Assembly: GCA_041168925.1 (NCBI GenBank)
Contig: JBEEJY010000005.1
Span: forward strand, 2,957 to 66,956
Reading direction: 5' to 3'
DNA: 64,000 nt
Origin: Candidatus Parcubacteria bacterium
GTDB lineage: Bacteria; Patescibacteriota; Minisyncoccia; Phycocordibacterales; UBA2100
The position numbers and the translations under genes are program-made. The notes beneath the pieces were generated by a model, which saw nothing but the letters and a program-made list of their open reading frames with translations, had not been told where the DNA came from and searched no databases. How positions within the stretch are numbered: the stretch's first letter is position 1; each line of letters opens with the position of its first letter. Positions 45,450-55,195 of the stretch are shown here, in pieces.

Positions 45450-45980
45450 TCATATGAGGTCGTGGTCTCGCAAGTACCTCGCAAATCCTTTCTCTTGCAA
45501 CTCGACATCTTTTTTCTCAATGTCTTTCGCTATCTTTTCTTTGTACGCGACGACTTTCGCCTTCACAGTTTCATCGCCCGCACCGATTATCTGCGCGGCG
45601 AGTATGCCTGCATTTTTGGCTCCCCCGATGCCGACGGTGGCGACCGGGATGCCCTGCGGCATCTGCACGATCGAAAATAGCGAATCGACGCCCGCCGCAC
45701 CCATTTTGTTAGCCATGAGCGGCACGCCGATAACGGGAAGCGCGGTATGTGCGGCAACAACGCCGGCAAGATGCGCGGCGCCTCCGGCGCCGCAAATGAA
45801 TGCCTTGTACCCCGCTGCTTCGCTTTTCTGCACATACTCGACGACTTGCTCCGGAGTGCGATGCGCTGAAAGCGTATGCACTTCCGAGCCGATGCCGAAT
45901 TCCTCCAGCACCTTGGCCGCCTCCTGCATCACGGGGAGGTCCGAATCGGAGCCCATCAATATGCCGACGAGCGGTTTCAT
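45450..45980 (-). CDS. purE: N5-CAIR mutase (class I PurE)
   Basis: MGSDSD, SAHRTP, GAGGAAHL, PVIGVP, SIVQMP.GIPVAT. Confidence 0.96.
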   Translation of the reverse strand: MKPLVGILMGSDSDLPVMQEAAKVLEEFGIGSEVHTLSAHRTPEQVVEYVQKSEAAGYKAFICGAGGAAHLAGVVAAHTALPVIGVPLMANKMGAAGVDSLFSIVQMPQGIPVATVGIGGAKNAGILAAQIIGAGDETVKAKVVAYKEKIAKDIEKKDVELQEKGFARYLRDHDLI

Positions 45981-46636
45981 AGAGACTGTATTATACCAAT
46001 CATTTCAGTAAGGCTGTCGATCAGGAAATCGGGCTTTGCGTCTTTCAGCCGTCGAGCGGCGTAGTAACCGCCGGTGATGGAGACGCAGCGCACGCCGGCC
46101 GCACGAGCGGCTTCGATTTCTTCGGGCGAATCGCCGATGATGAGAATTTCGCTCCTTCGATACGGTGAGTTTCGTACAAGTCGCAGGAATTTTTCCGCCT
46201 TATTCTTGCGAAGCATCGTCGTATGCTTGTCATTGGCGATGATACGGGAGAAATATCGACCGATCCCGAGACGTTCGAGTTGGTTCGTAATGCCTTCCAT
46301 CGTATGATTGCTCAAGATGATCGCTTCGACCTTCCGCTTCTCGAGGAAGGCGAGAAGCCTGCGCGCCCCGATGCGCGTGCGGACTTTCGCGATGCGCGGT
46401 TCGTACAGACGATGGAACATCTCTTGTATCTTTATGGCATCGCGAGCCATTTGCGTTTTGGTAAACCCCGATGCAAGAAAGAAATCTATGACCGGCATCG
46501 TGAACGTCTCGCGATACGTTTTCATATCGAGCGGCTTGTGGCCGAACGCCTTGAACACTTTTCGATCGACGGCAACCGTCGCCTGCGCATCCGCAATGAG
46601 TACTCCATTCCAGTCAAAGACGACAAGTTTTATCAT
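45977..46636 (-). CDS. HAD-IA phosphatase (Gph-like) inside the pur operon
   Basis: FDWNGVL, ILSN, IGDSPEE; ATGA overlaps with purQ and purE. Confidence 0.88.
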   Translation of the reverse strand: MIKLVVFDWNGVLIADAQATVAVDRKVFKAFGHKPLDMKTYRETFTMPVIDFFLASGFTKTQMARDAIKIQEMFHRLYEPRIAKVRTRIGARRLLAFLEKRKVEAIILSNHTMEGITNQLERLGIGRYFSRIIANDKHTTMLRKNKAEKFLRLVRNSPYRRSEILIIGDSPEEIEAARAAGVRCVSITGGYYAARRLKDAKPDFLIDSLTEMIGIIQSL

Positions 46637-47406
46637 GCGAAGTATTCGACGGCGTTTTTAAACAACTGCAATCCAGGACCATCGACCGGCATTCTTTTCC
46701 CGTTGCGCACATACTCCTCCTTGAGCCAGGTCCAGTGCGGGAGTTGCGTGAAGCGCACCGCTCGCTCCGGGTGCGGCATTAGTCCGAGCACGCGGCCGTT
46801 GCGCGCGGTGATGCCTGCGATGTTTTCGAGCGAGCCGTTGGGATTCGCGGGAATATCGAAGTGTTTTGCAGTTTCGCCTTCGACGTACCGGAGCGCGATA
46901 CGCCCGTCATCTCTCAACCCGTCAAGCGTTCCTTTCGGCGCATAGTACTTACCCTCGCCATGTGCGATAGGGACGCTCAACGTCTTTATCCCCTTCAGCC
47001 ACGGACTATCGCCCACGACCTCGAGATCAACCCAACGGTCGATATAACGCGCAGAATCGTTGGCGATGAGCGCGCCCGGCAAAATGCCTGCACTCGTGAT
47101 TATTTGAAATCCGTTGCAGATGCCGATGAGCAGCGTATCGCGCTCCAGGAAAGCGTCGAGTTCTTTGCCCAGGTGTTGCTTTACGCGATTTCCGTATGCT
47201 TTACCGCTCCCCGTGTCATCACCGTAGGAGAACCCGCCTGGAAAAACCGCGACATCCGCCTTTTTGAGGATCGCGGGCTCGGCGATGACCTCGTTGAGAT
47301 GCATGATGTCGGCCGTCGCGCCGATTTGCTCGAAAACGGCTTTCGTCTCATCCTCCGTATTGAGGCCGTAGCCGGAAAATATGACGACGTATGGTTTCTT
47401 TTTCAT
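46633..47406 (-). CDS. purQ: FGAM synthase glutaminase subunit
   Basis: PGGFSYGD, GICNGFQ, PIAHGEG, NPNGS, MPHPER. Confidence 0.96.
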   Translation of the reverse strand: MKKKPYVVIFSGYGLNTEDETKAVFEQIGATADIMHLNEVIAEPAILKKADVAVFPGGFSYGDDTGSGKAYGNRVKQHLGKELDAFLERDTLLIGICNGFQIITSAGILPGALIANDSARYIDRWVDLEVVGDSPWLKGIKTLSVPIAHGEGKYYAPKGTLDGLRDDGRIALRYVEGETAKHFDIPANPNGSLENIAGITARNGRVLGLMPHPERAVRFTQLPHWTWLKEEYVRNGKRMPVDGPGLQLFKNAVEYFA

Positions 47407-47407
47407 A

Positions 47408-50332
47408 TCACCATTCTTTGAAAAACGAGCGGTGCGCGTTCGTCAGTTGGGAAAGCGAGACTTCGACTTCTTGTCCTGGAAGTTTGATGGAAACAGAAGC
47501 GGCTTGCACGACCTCGCCGATATTGGCGAGCGGAATGCCCTTGAGTAGTTTCTCGAATTCTTTCTGTGCATCGCGACGCACGGAAACGAGCACGCGGCCT
47601 TGGGATTCGGAAAAGAGGGTCGCACCCGCGGTTTTTGCCATGCCCGGCAAGCTTTCAAGGTTTACCCGCGCACCGAGTTTTCCTGCTATTGCAGACTTCG
47701 CGAGTGCGACCGCAAGACCGCCGCGACCGACGCCAAGCGCCGAGGCTACGAGACCTTTTTCGATGGCTGTGGTCAATGCGTCATATGCCTTTGCATTCTT
47801 CTTCGCATCAACTCTTGGTACGTCTCCTCTCTGCTCGCCAAGCATCGAATAATATTCCGAGGCGCCCAGCTCATCATTAGTTTCGCCAACAAGATACATA
47901 AGATCGCCGACACGCTTGAGATCGAGTGTGACCGCTTTCTCTACGTCGGGGATTACGCCGATGGCCGAAATGAGCAGCGTCGGCAATGCGGCGATGTGAG
48001 TGTCATTCCCGCTCGCGTCGAAGCCGCGGAAATCGTTGAACATGCTGTCTTTGCCGGAGATGAATGGCGTTCCATACGCGATTGCCGTGTCGTAGCATGC
48101 GCGCGCCGCCTCCTTCAGCTCGTACAAGCGATCAGGTTCTTCCGATGAGGACCAGCAGAAATTGTCGAGAATGGCCAGATACTTTCGCGAGGCTCCGGCG
48201 CACACCGCATTGCGAATAGCGGTATCGATGGCTGCGGCCGCCATCGCATAGGAGTCGATCCGCGAATACCACGGCGTATTGCCGTGCGAGAGCACGACGC
48301 CTTTATTCGAGTCTGGGACCGGCCGTATGATCGCCGCGTCGGCGTTCACCCGACCCCTGCCCTGCAGCGGTTTGGTGACAGAAGAGCCCTGGACTTCATG
48401 GTCATATTGATCGGAAATGAACGCGATCGAGCCGATGCCGGGGCGCGCAAGCAATTCCAGTAACGTCCGACCGAGGTCGGCGTTGCGCACCTCTTCCGGC
48501 GGGTTCTTCAGAGATCTTCCGGTCTTGGCACTTTTCTGCGGCTCTATCGGTCGGCCGTCATGCAAGAATCCGAGCGAAACATTCATGACCTCACACCCGC
48601 CATGGCGAACGATGACTCGGCCGGATTTCGTAAAAGTTCCGATCACGGTGGCCTCGACGTCGTGTCGATCGAAAATCGCCTTCAATTTTCTCCATTTCGC
48701 CTTCGGTACCGCGAGTGTCATCCTCTCTTGCGATTCTGAAAGCCATATTTGCCATGGCGAGAGTCCCGGGTACTTGAGCGGTACTTTTTCGAGCTCGACT
48801 TCGCATCCGCCCGCTTCGCGCGACATCTCGCCGACTGAGCCGCTGAGCCCTCCTGCTCCGTCGTCGGTGATGCTCGAATAGAGTCCCGCATCGCGCGCTT
48901 CGCGGATAAGCGCATCGGAGAATTTCTTTTGGGTGATCGGATCGCCGATCTGTACCGCGCTCGCCGGCGAGCCCGCGGAGAGCGATTCGGAGGAAAAAGT
49001 CGCGCCGTGGATGCCGTCGAGGCCCACGCGTCCGCCGATCATGACGATGTGATCTCCCGGTCTCGCTCTTTTCTCGTACAGTTTGCGCGCGCCGCGCTTT
49101 CGCGGGATAAGACCGACCGTACCGCCGAACACGAGCGGCTTGCCGCGGAAGCTCGGATCGACCGCGACGAAACCGATCGGTGTGGGAATTCCGCTTTGGT
49201 TGCCACCTGCGTTGATGCCTTTCACGACACCTTCGAGAATGCGGCGCGCCGGCAAAAGGGGCTGCTGTTTTCCTTTATCGCGAAATAATTCTTTTTGATC
49301 GTTCGGGTCAGCGACACAAAATCCGTACGTGTTAGCGATGGGTTTCGCGCCAAGCCCGAATCCTAAGCAATCGCGATTGACGCCGACGATGGCGGTGACC
49401 GAGCCGCCGAAGGGATCGAGGCCGGAGGGGGAATTGTGCGTCTCGACCTTGTGCGTGACGAGATAGTCCTTGTCGAATGCGATAGCGCCGGCATTATCTT
49501 TGAAGACGGAAACGCAGAAATCTTTCTTTCCTTTCGTCTTCCGGATCTTTTCAGTCGCGCCCTTGATGTAACGTCGATAGATACCATCCGAGATCTCATC
49601 GAGCGGATCGTTGAATATCGTGTGTTTGCAGTGCTCCGACCAGGTCTGCGCGAGCGATTCGAGCTCGACATCGGTCGGATTTCGACCTTGAGTTTTAAAA
49701 TGATCTCGAATCGCTTTCATCGAGCGAAGCGAGAGCGCGAGCGGTCCGCGCCCTTTGATACCTTCTCTGCTCATCTTCTGCAATTGCTCGTCGGATACAT
49801 CGAGATCGACTTCGTCGGCATGAGGTGCCCTTCCGTTCAGATGCACTTTCGGAACGACGACAGGCACCTTCTCGCCGGGAGCGAACACGCGAGCCCGCTC
49901 GATGAGCGGATTGTGCAGTTCGCGTGCGAACGTCCTTGCGTCTTCTGGCGAAACGCCCGTGAGGAACAAAAGCATCGAGGAATACACGGCATCGCCTTCT
50001 TTAAATTTCCTGCCGATACAATCTTCTGTCGTTTCTTTCGCCGTGCGCCCCGTGTTGTCGGTAACGCCGGGGAGAAACCCTATCTCGATAGCGCAATCAG
50101 GCGATATCGGGGCGAGCACCTCATTGAGGGAGTAGGTTTCGGTGAGCGGGTTCGCGAGCCGCTGTGCGGATTTTTCCATCTCCTCCGGAGTAAGTTCGGC
50201 GTCCACCGTATAGATAGAAACGACGAAAGCGGCCTGTATGCCGCTTTTGGGGAACACTGTTTTCAAACGATGGAGCAGGCTTTTTGCGCGCGCGTCTTCG
50301 ATTTTTGCCGATATCGCAATGCGGGCCGTCAT
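47408..50332 (-). CDS. purL: FGAM synthase PurL with N-terminal PurS-like extension
   Basis: QTWSEHCKH, ETHNSPS, DGIHGATFSS, VQIGDP, SESQERM, ISGKDS, LFSES; FLPGVTDN near N-terminus. Confidence 0.95.
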   Translation of the reverse strand: MTARIAISAKIEDARAKSLLHRLKTVFPKSGIQAAFVVSIYTVDAELTPEEMEKSAQRLANPLTETYSLNEVLAPISPDCAIEIGFLPGVTDNTGRTAKETTEDCIGRKFKEGDAVYSSMLLFLTGVSPEDARTFARELHNPLIERARVFAPGEKVPVVVPKVHLNGRAPHADEVDLDVSDEQLQKMSREGIKGRGPLALSLRSMKAIRDHFKTQGRNPTDVELESLAQTWSEHCKHTIFNDPLDEISDGIYRRYIKGATEKIRKTKGKKDFCVSVFKDNAGAIAFDKDYLVTHKVETHNSPSGLDPFGGSVTAIVGVNRDCLGFGLGAKPIANTYGFCVADPNDQKELFRDKGKQQPLLPARRILEGVVKGINAGGNQSGIPTPIGFVAVDPSFRGKPLVFGGTVGLIPRKRGARKLYEKRARPGDHIVMIGGRVGLDGIHGATFSSESLSAGSPASAVQIGDPITQKKFSDALIREARDAGLYSSITDDGAGGLSGSVGEMSREAGGCEVELEKVPLKYPGLSPWQIWLSESQERMTLAVPKAKWRKLKAIFDRHDVEATVIGTFTKSGRVIVRHGGCEVMNVSLGFLHDGRPIEPQKSAKTGRSLKNPPEEVRNADLGRTLLELLARPGIGSIAFISDQYDHEVQGSSVTKPLQGRGRVNADAAIIRPVPDSNKGVVLSHGNTPWYSRIDSYAMAAAAIDTAIRNAVCAGASRKYLAILDNFCWSSSEEPDRLYELKEAARACYDTAIAYGTPFISGKDSMFNDFRGFDASGNDTHIAALPTLLISAIGVIPDVEKAVTLDLKRVGDLMYLVGETNDELGASEYYSMLGEQRGDVPRVDAKKNAKAYDALTTAIEKGLVASALGVGRGGLAVALAKSAIAGKLGARVNLESLPGMAKTAGATLFSESQGRVLVSVRRDAQKEFEKLLKGIPLANIGEVVQAASVSIKLPGQEVEVSLSQLTNAHRSFFKEW

Positions 50333-50384
50333 GCACCATCATACTAGCATTGAACCTTGCGGTCAAGTCTGGCACTATTTCCCG

Positions 50385-51392
50385 ATGAGGCGGCCAGAGC
50401 ATCTCGTATTGGGAAGCATCTTGAAGAAGCTCGCGCCGGCATACGGAGCACAGGTGCATATCGAGCCTGAATGGAAAGTCGCGGGCCAGATCGTCTTTCC
50501 GAGCGGCAAGAAAAGCTACTTCCGTTACAACACCCTGGATTTGAACCCGGTCGGCGCCGCCGATATCGCGAAAGACAAAGACTATGCGGCTTTTTTCATG
50601 CGAAAGATGGGATACCCCGCCATTCCTGGTAAGACCTTCTTTCGAAAGGATTGGGCGAAAAAAATCCGCTCGAATCGCGACATCGACGCGGCCTATCGCT
50701 ATGCGAAGCGGCAGCGCTTTCCCATCGTCGTGAAGCCCAATAGCGGAAGCCAAGGTAGCGACGTGTTTTTCGTGCATGGCAAGCGCGAATTGTATCCCGC
50801 GATTCGATCGATCTTCAAAAACGATCGCGTCGCGCTGATCCAGCGGCCGGTGCGCGGACGCGATTATCGCATCGTGGTACTCGATAATACGGTGATCTCC
50901 GCCTACGAGCGCATACCGCTCTTCGTCATCGGAGATGGACGATCGGATATCCGCGCGCTGCTGAGAAGGAAGCAAAAACAATTCCGCCGTTTTGGCCGCG
51001 ACACGCGCATCGACCTCGACGATATCCGTATCTCGCGCAAACTCGGCCTGCAGCAGCTCGCGCTCCGCTCCGTCCCGGAACGCGGCGAGCGGATCTTTTT
51101 GCTCGATCACGCGAATCTTTCCGCGGGCGGAGAGGCTCTCGACGTGACAAAGCCGATCCATCCTGATTTCAAGAAGCTCGCGATCCGCCTCACGAAAGAC
51201 ATGGGTTTGAGATTGTGCGGTGTTGACCTTATCGTCGCGGGCGATATAAGGCAAAAGCCGAAAAAATTCTGGATACTCGAGATCAACGCCGCGCCGGGCC
51301 TCGATCACTACGTAAAGAGCGGCCCGCAGCAGCAAAAAATCGTCGAGAATTTATACCTGAAAGTGCTCAAGAGTTTGAGCAAGGATAGATGA
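50385..51392 (+). CDS. Stand-alone ATP-grasp ligase (CphA/GshAB-like ATP-grasp domain)
   Basis: AKDKD, VVKPNSGSQG, DYRIVV, IGDG, ANLSAGG, CGVDLI, LEINAAPG. Confidence 0.85.
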   Translation: MRRPEHLVLGSILKKLAPAYGAQVHIEPEWKVAGQIVFPSGKKSYFRYNTLDLNPVGAADIAKDKDYAAFFMRKMGYPAIPGKTFFRKDWAKKIRSNRDIDAAYRYAKRQRFPIVVKPNSGSQGSDVFFVHGKRELYPAIRSIFKNDRVALIQRPVRGRDYRIVVLDNTVISAYERIPLFVIGDGRSDIRALLRRKQKQFRRFGRDTRIDLDDIRISRKLGLQQLALRSVPERGERIFLLDHANLSAGGEALDVTKPIHPDFKKLAIRLTKDMGLRLCGVDLIVAGDIRQKPKKFWILEINAAPGLDHYVKSGPQQQKIVENLYLKVLKSLSKDR

Positions 51393-51545
51393 GCAAGAAT
51401 AGGTTGACAGCGCGCGTCAGGAGTGGTTACATTTTGCCTTAGTGCCGTCGCCGCGCGGCTATGAGAAAAAGCGGCAATCGCAATCTGCAGTAATATCTGC
51501 AGCTATCACAACCGCCCTTGAGGCACCGATAGAAGGATAACGATC

Positions 51546-52277
51546 ATGGCGTCAGACGTAGTGAGATTTGCACTGAGTAGCGACACTTCTCCAACATCCG
51601 TTAAACAAACTACCGAGGATGGCTTCCGCAATCTATGGGAAGGCCTCGGAACGTTGGAACGCGAGATGACGCCGCCGCGCAAGTTCCGCGTCGTCTTATT
51701 CGGGAGTGCTCGCGTTCTGAAAACCGACCCCGTCTATGCGAAATACAGGCAGCTCGGTTTCGAAATCGGACGTCGTCGAATCGGAGGCGTTACCGGTGGC
51801 GGACCAAGCCTTATGGAGGCCTTCAACGAAGGTATCGTAGCGGGCTGGGCCTCAATAGGTGAACAGCAGGGTTTCAGCCACGGAGTGTGCATCCAACAAA
51901 TCAATCGCGATGAACCGCCGAACAGCTACCTTCGGCAGGCCTATCAACACAAGCACGTCCTCACGAGACTGCATCAATTCGTCCGACTAGGGTATTGGGG
52001 CGCGATAATCCTTGCCGAGAAGGGCGGTTACGGCTCCGATCTCGAAAAGGCAATCATGCACCAGTTGCTGCAGTTTGGCCAACTGAATGTTCCGCTGATC
52101 GGAGTCGGTCCGATGTGGGCGGAGCGCAAGGCGTGGGAGAAGAAGTGGATTATCGACCAGGGTCTGGCGGATGCCCGCGATGCCGACTTCCTGCAATGTG
52201 TGCCGGAGGCGATGGACGCGCTGCCAATCGTGTTCGAAGCCCACGCACGATATAAAGCCGCGAAGGCCGTGGGCTGA
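51546..52277 (+). CDS. LOG-family nucleotide phosphoribohydrolase-like protein (divergent)
   Basis: LFGSAR, VTGGGPSLMEAFNEG, KGGYGSDLE. Confidence 0.8.
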   Translation: MASDVVRFALSSDTSPTSVKQTTEDGFRNLWEGLGTLEREMTPPRKFRVVLFGSARVLKTDPVYAKYRQLGFEIGRRRIGGVTGGGPSLMEAFNEGIVAGWASIGEQQGFSHGVCIQQINRDEPPNSYLRQAYQHKHVLTRLHQFVRLGYWGAIILAEKGGYGSDLEKAIMHQLLQFGQLNVPLIGVGPMWAERKAWEKKWIIDQGLADARDADFLQCVPEAMDALPIVFEAHARYKAAKAVG

Positions 52278-52439
52278 CTGCGGTCGCCAATTTATCGGCA
52301 AAATCTGGACGCGAACCCCGGAGAATCCTGCACGGATTCCCGGGGTCACTTATTTTGATTTTTTTTATTTGAAACTACGCTTTGGCAAGATCGCCGCGAG
52401 CGGGTATAAATCATGCAGGTGTAAGAGGAGGAACGAGCG

Positions 52440-52847
52440 ATGAAGATCTTCACTGCCGCGCTTGTCGTGCTTTCGATTCTCTTGGCTGGAATGTGGTGGA
52501 CAGGCAACGTGACTTTTTTCGTTACGAAGCCGAAGCCGGCCTATGAGCTTTCGCCGTCGCAGTTGCACGAACGCGGAATGAGCTCGACGCACTACGAATC
52601 GACCGCGTATGTGGGAATGTTCCCTCTCGTCAGCGACGGCGTCATAGTGCTCGGCAAGACAAGAAAGGTGGTGTTCAAAAATTCGGTCGGCTGGCATCTC
52701 GAGGCGCTCGTGACGTGCGAGAGGCCGCAGATCGAGGATAGGACGGCGCGCATCTACCAGCGCGTGAACTACCTGACCGGACATCTCACCTATTACGTCG
52801 TCTGCGACGTCAAACCGACTCTCACCCGGCGCATTGGCCCCGGGTGA
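52440..52847 (+). CDS. Hypothetical exported or anchored protein
   Basis: GAGGAGG SD, N-terminal hydrophobic helix, two Cys. Confidence 0.55.
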   Translation: MKIFTAALVVLSILLAGMWWTGNVTFFVTKPKPAYELSPSQLHERGMSSTHYESTAYVGMFPLVSDGVIVLGKTRKVVFKNSVGWHLEALVTCERPQIEDRTARIYQRVNYLTGHLTYYVVCDVKPTLTRRIGPG

Positions 52848-52893
52848 TTTTTTATTGCGGCTAGCGAGGAGCGAAGACGCAAAAAAGGTTCAA

Positions 52894-53391
52894 TTATCCG
52901 CGTTCGAGGTCGATCCAGTGATACGCGAGGCCATCCCATTCCCGCGCCTCTTCAAATACTTTTTTGGTAAATTCTTGTTCGTAGGGCGGGAAAAAAGAAT
53001 CCGCTTCCGGGTCTTCGGCGTCGATGAGCGTGAGGTACAGTTTGTCCAATCGCGGCATAGACGCTTCAAAAATTTGTGCGCCGCCGATAATAAACGCCTC
53101 GTCCGACTCCGCCGCTTTTCCCTTCTCGATTGCCTCTTCGACGGAGTAGACGACCAAGACGCCTTCATGGGCGAACTTCTCATCCCGGGTGACCACGATA
53201 TTCGGACGGTCCACAAGAGGCCTGCCTCTGTAGACGATGATCGAATCAAAGGTCTTGCGCCCCATGATGACCGGGTGACCGAGCGTGAGCTGCCGCAGGC
53301 GTTTGAGGTCGTCGGGGATTTTCCAAATCAGCTTGTTGTCTTTGCCAAGCTCTCTATTCCTCCCAATTGCCGCGATTGCCGACACTTTCAT
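52894..53391 (-). CDS. folA: Dihydrofolate reductase
   Basis: LIWKIPDDL, VIMGRKT, RPL..RPNIVVT, IIGGAQIF, ADSFFP. Confidence 0.96.
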   Translation of the reverse strand: MKVSAIAAIGRNRELGKDNKLIWKIPDDLKRLRQLTLGHPVIMGRKTFDSIIVYRGRPLVDRPNIVVTRDEKFAHEGVLVVYSVEEAIEKGKAAESDEAFIIGGAQIFEASMPRLDKLYLTLIDAEDPEADSFFPPYEQEFTKKVFEEAREWDGLAYHWIDLERG

Positions 53392-53455
53392 ACCGCGACT
53401 GTATCATAAAAACGGCGGGTCACCCGATCACGGATGACCCTGCACGCCACATTCG

Positions 53456-53842
53456 TCACGCCCCCACCTCGCTGCCAGCCTCGTCGGCTTGCTTGAGAAG
53501 ACCGGTATCGGAATCGTCGGCTGGCGACGGCACTGGGTCGATCCGCAATCTGCGCTTGAGATGCTGGAGATGGCTCATGCCCTCCAATAGCTCGGCTGCA
53601 TATTCAGGATGCCTGCGCGCGACCTCGAACAAGACACGCAACTGAATCCGCGCCGCGACCGTATTGCCGTTTTTGACGGCGTTGAGGGAATCCCTTCCTT
53701 CTTCAAACCGGGGATCCATGCCGCGTGCGTCTCGGGCAACAGCGGCGTCAACGATGTCGTCGAACAACGTGTCGCCCTTGCCTGCTTCGAGAGCTCGGCG
53801 CAATTCGAGGATATTGATAGTCTGACCACTTTCGCTGCCCAT
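53456..53842 (-). CDS. Hypothetical protein (ORFan)
   Basis: GGAGG SD, helical composition, hairpin at about 53417-53440 downstream. Confidence 0.55.
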   Translation of the reverse strand: MGSESGQTINILELRRALEAGKGDTLFDDIVDAAVARDARGMDPRFEEGRDSLNAVKNGNTVAARIQLRVLFEVARRHPEYAAELLEGMSHLQHLKRRLRIDPVPSPADDSDTGLLKQADEAGSEVGA

Positions 53843-53937
53843 TGTTGAGCCTCCCTAGATAAAGGGCATGAGGCTCATGCCCGCCACCATGTAAGCATAC
53901 TGTGAGGGGGCGTCAACGTCGACTATAATACGAACCT

Positions 53938-54612
53938 ATGCAATCGTACGAGGTTGAGATTAAATCGCTTCTGGGAACGTCTGACCGAGTCAATGAGGTT
54001 AGGGAAAAAATGATGGCCTCCGATCTATCGTGCAAGCTCATTTCCAGAAACAAACAATTGAATCACTACTTCGAGAGCGGCTCGCTCGAGAAGCTCGCCA
54101 CGGTCCTCGCACCATACCTCTCTCGTGAGGCCGCATCAAAACTGCATGACCTGGCAAAACGTGCTAAGCATTTTTCCGTGCGGACGCGCGAGAAAGAAGA
54201 CGCGGTATTGATAGTGGTGAAAGTCTCCATCGACGACACGACGAGCGAGAATGGCATCTCAAGGCTTGAGTACGAGGAACAAGTACGGCTTAGCCTTGAG
54301 GAGCTCGACAATCTCGTGCTTTCAGCCGGATTTTCATTCCAGGCAAAGTGGTCACGGGAGCGCGAAGAGTACGTATGCAAAGGAGTGAATGTGACACTGG
54401 ATAAAAATGCCGGCTATGGTTGGCTCGCGGAATTCGAGCGTGTAGTTGACGACGAAAAAAAAGTTGCCGAAGCAAATCGGACGGTCCGTAATCTCATGCA
54501 GGAGCTCGGTGTTGAGGAGCTCCCCCAAGACCGCCTCGAGCGAATGTTCGCCCACTACAATGCCCACTGGCCGGAGTACTATGGGACGGACAAGGTTTTT
54601 GTGATTGAATAG
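53938..54612 (+). CDS. CYTH (triphosphate tunnel metalloenzyme) domain protein
   Basis: ExExK motif EVEIK, QLNHYF, VRTRE, RLEYE, REREEY, TLD..GWLAEFE. Confidence 0.88.
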   Translation: MQSYEVEIKSLLGTSDRVNEVREKMMASDLSCKLISRNKQLNHYFESGSLEKLATVLAPYLSREAASKLHDLAKRAKHFSVRTREKEDAVLIVVKVSIDDTTSENGISRLEYEEQVRLSLEELDNLVLSAGFSFQAKWSREREEYVCKGVNVTLDKNAGYGWLAEFERVVDDEKKVAEANRTVRNLMQELGVEELPQDRLERMFAHYNAHWPEYYGTDKVFVIE

Positions 54613-54616
54613 CGGT

Positions 54617-55186
54617 ATGTTTCTTTCCGACATCGACATCAAAAAAGCGATACTGGGTGGCGAGATCGTGCTTGAACCGTTCGATGAAGCCCGTCTGCAA
54701 GCCGCAAGCTATGACATCTGCCTCGGCAACAAGTTCGTGTTGAACGAAGAAAGCTCGACCCATATCATCGACCCTGCAAAAAAGATTTACGCGAAAACTC
54801 GTGAGATCGTAAAAAAGGATGGTGAGGAGTTCGTCCTGCACCCCGGTATTTCGGTGCTCGGCACGTCTAAAGAATACTTCGGTTCGGATTACTATCTCGT
54901 GCAGGTCGGTGGCAAGTCATCGCTCGCACGCGTAGGTCTCATGATCCACAACACGGCAGGCATCATCAATCCCGGCCACTTCCTCAACATCACCTTCGAG
55001 ATCACCAACCAAAACAATGTCCCGATCATCATCCGCCCAGGCATGGAGATCGCGCAAATCACCTTCTCAAAGCTCTCCTCCCCTCCGAAGCGTAACTACC
55101 GAAAAACTGGTCGTTTTGCAAAAGACAATTGGAAGCACTTCGTACCTGCCAAGCGCAAAAAAGCACCAAGGAGTAAGACGCGCTAG
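54617..55186 (+). CDS. dcd: dCTP deaminase
   Basis: MFLSDIDI, QAASYD, GKSSLARVGL, TAGIINPG, ITFE, GMEIAQ. Confidence 0.9.
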   Translation: MFLSDIDIKKAILGGEIVLEPFDEARLQAASYDICLGNKFVLNEESSTHIIDPAKKIYAKTREIVKKDGEEFVLHPGISVLGTSKEYFGSDYYLVQVGGKSSLARVGLMIHNTAGIINPGHFLNITFEITNQNNVPIIIRPGMEIAQITFSKLSSPPKRNYRKTGRFAKDNWKHFVPAKRKKAPRSKTR

Positions 55187-55195
55187 AATACCGAT

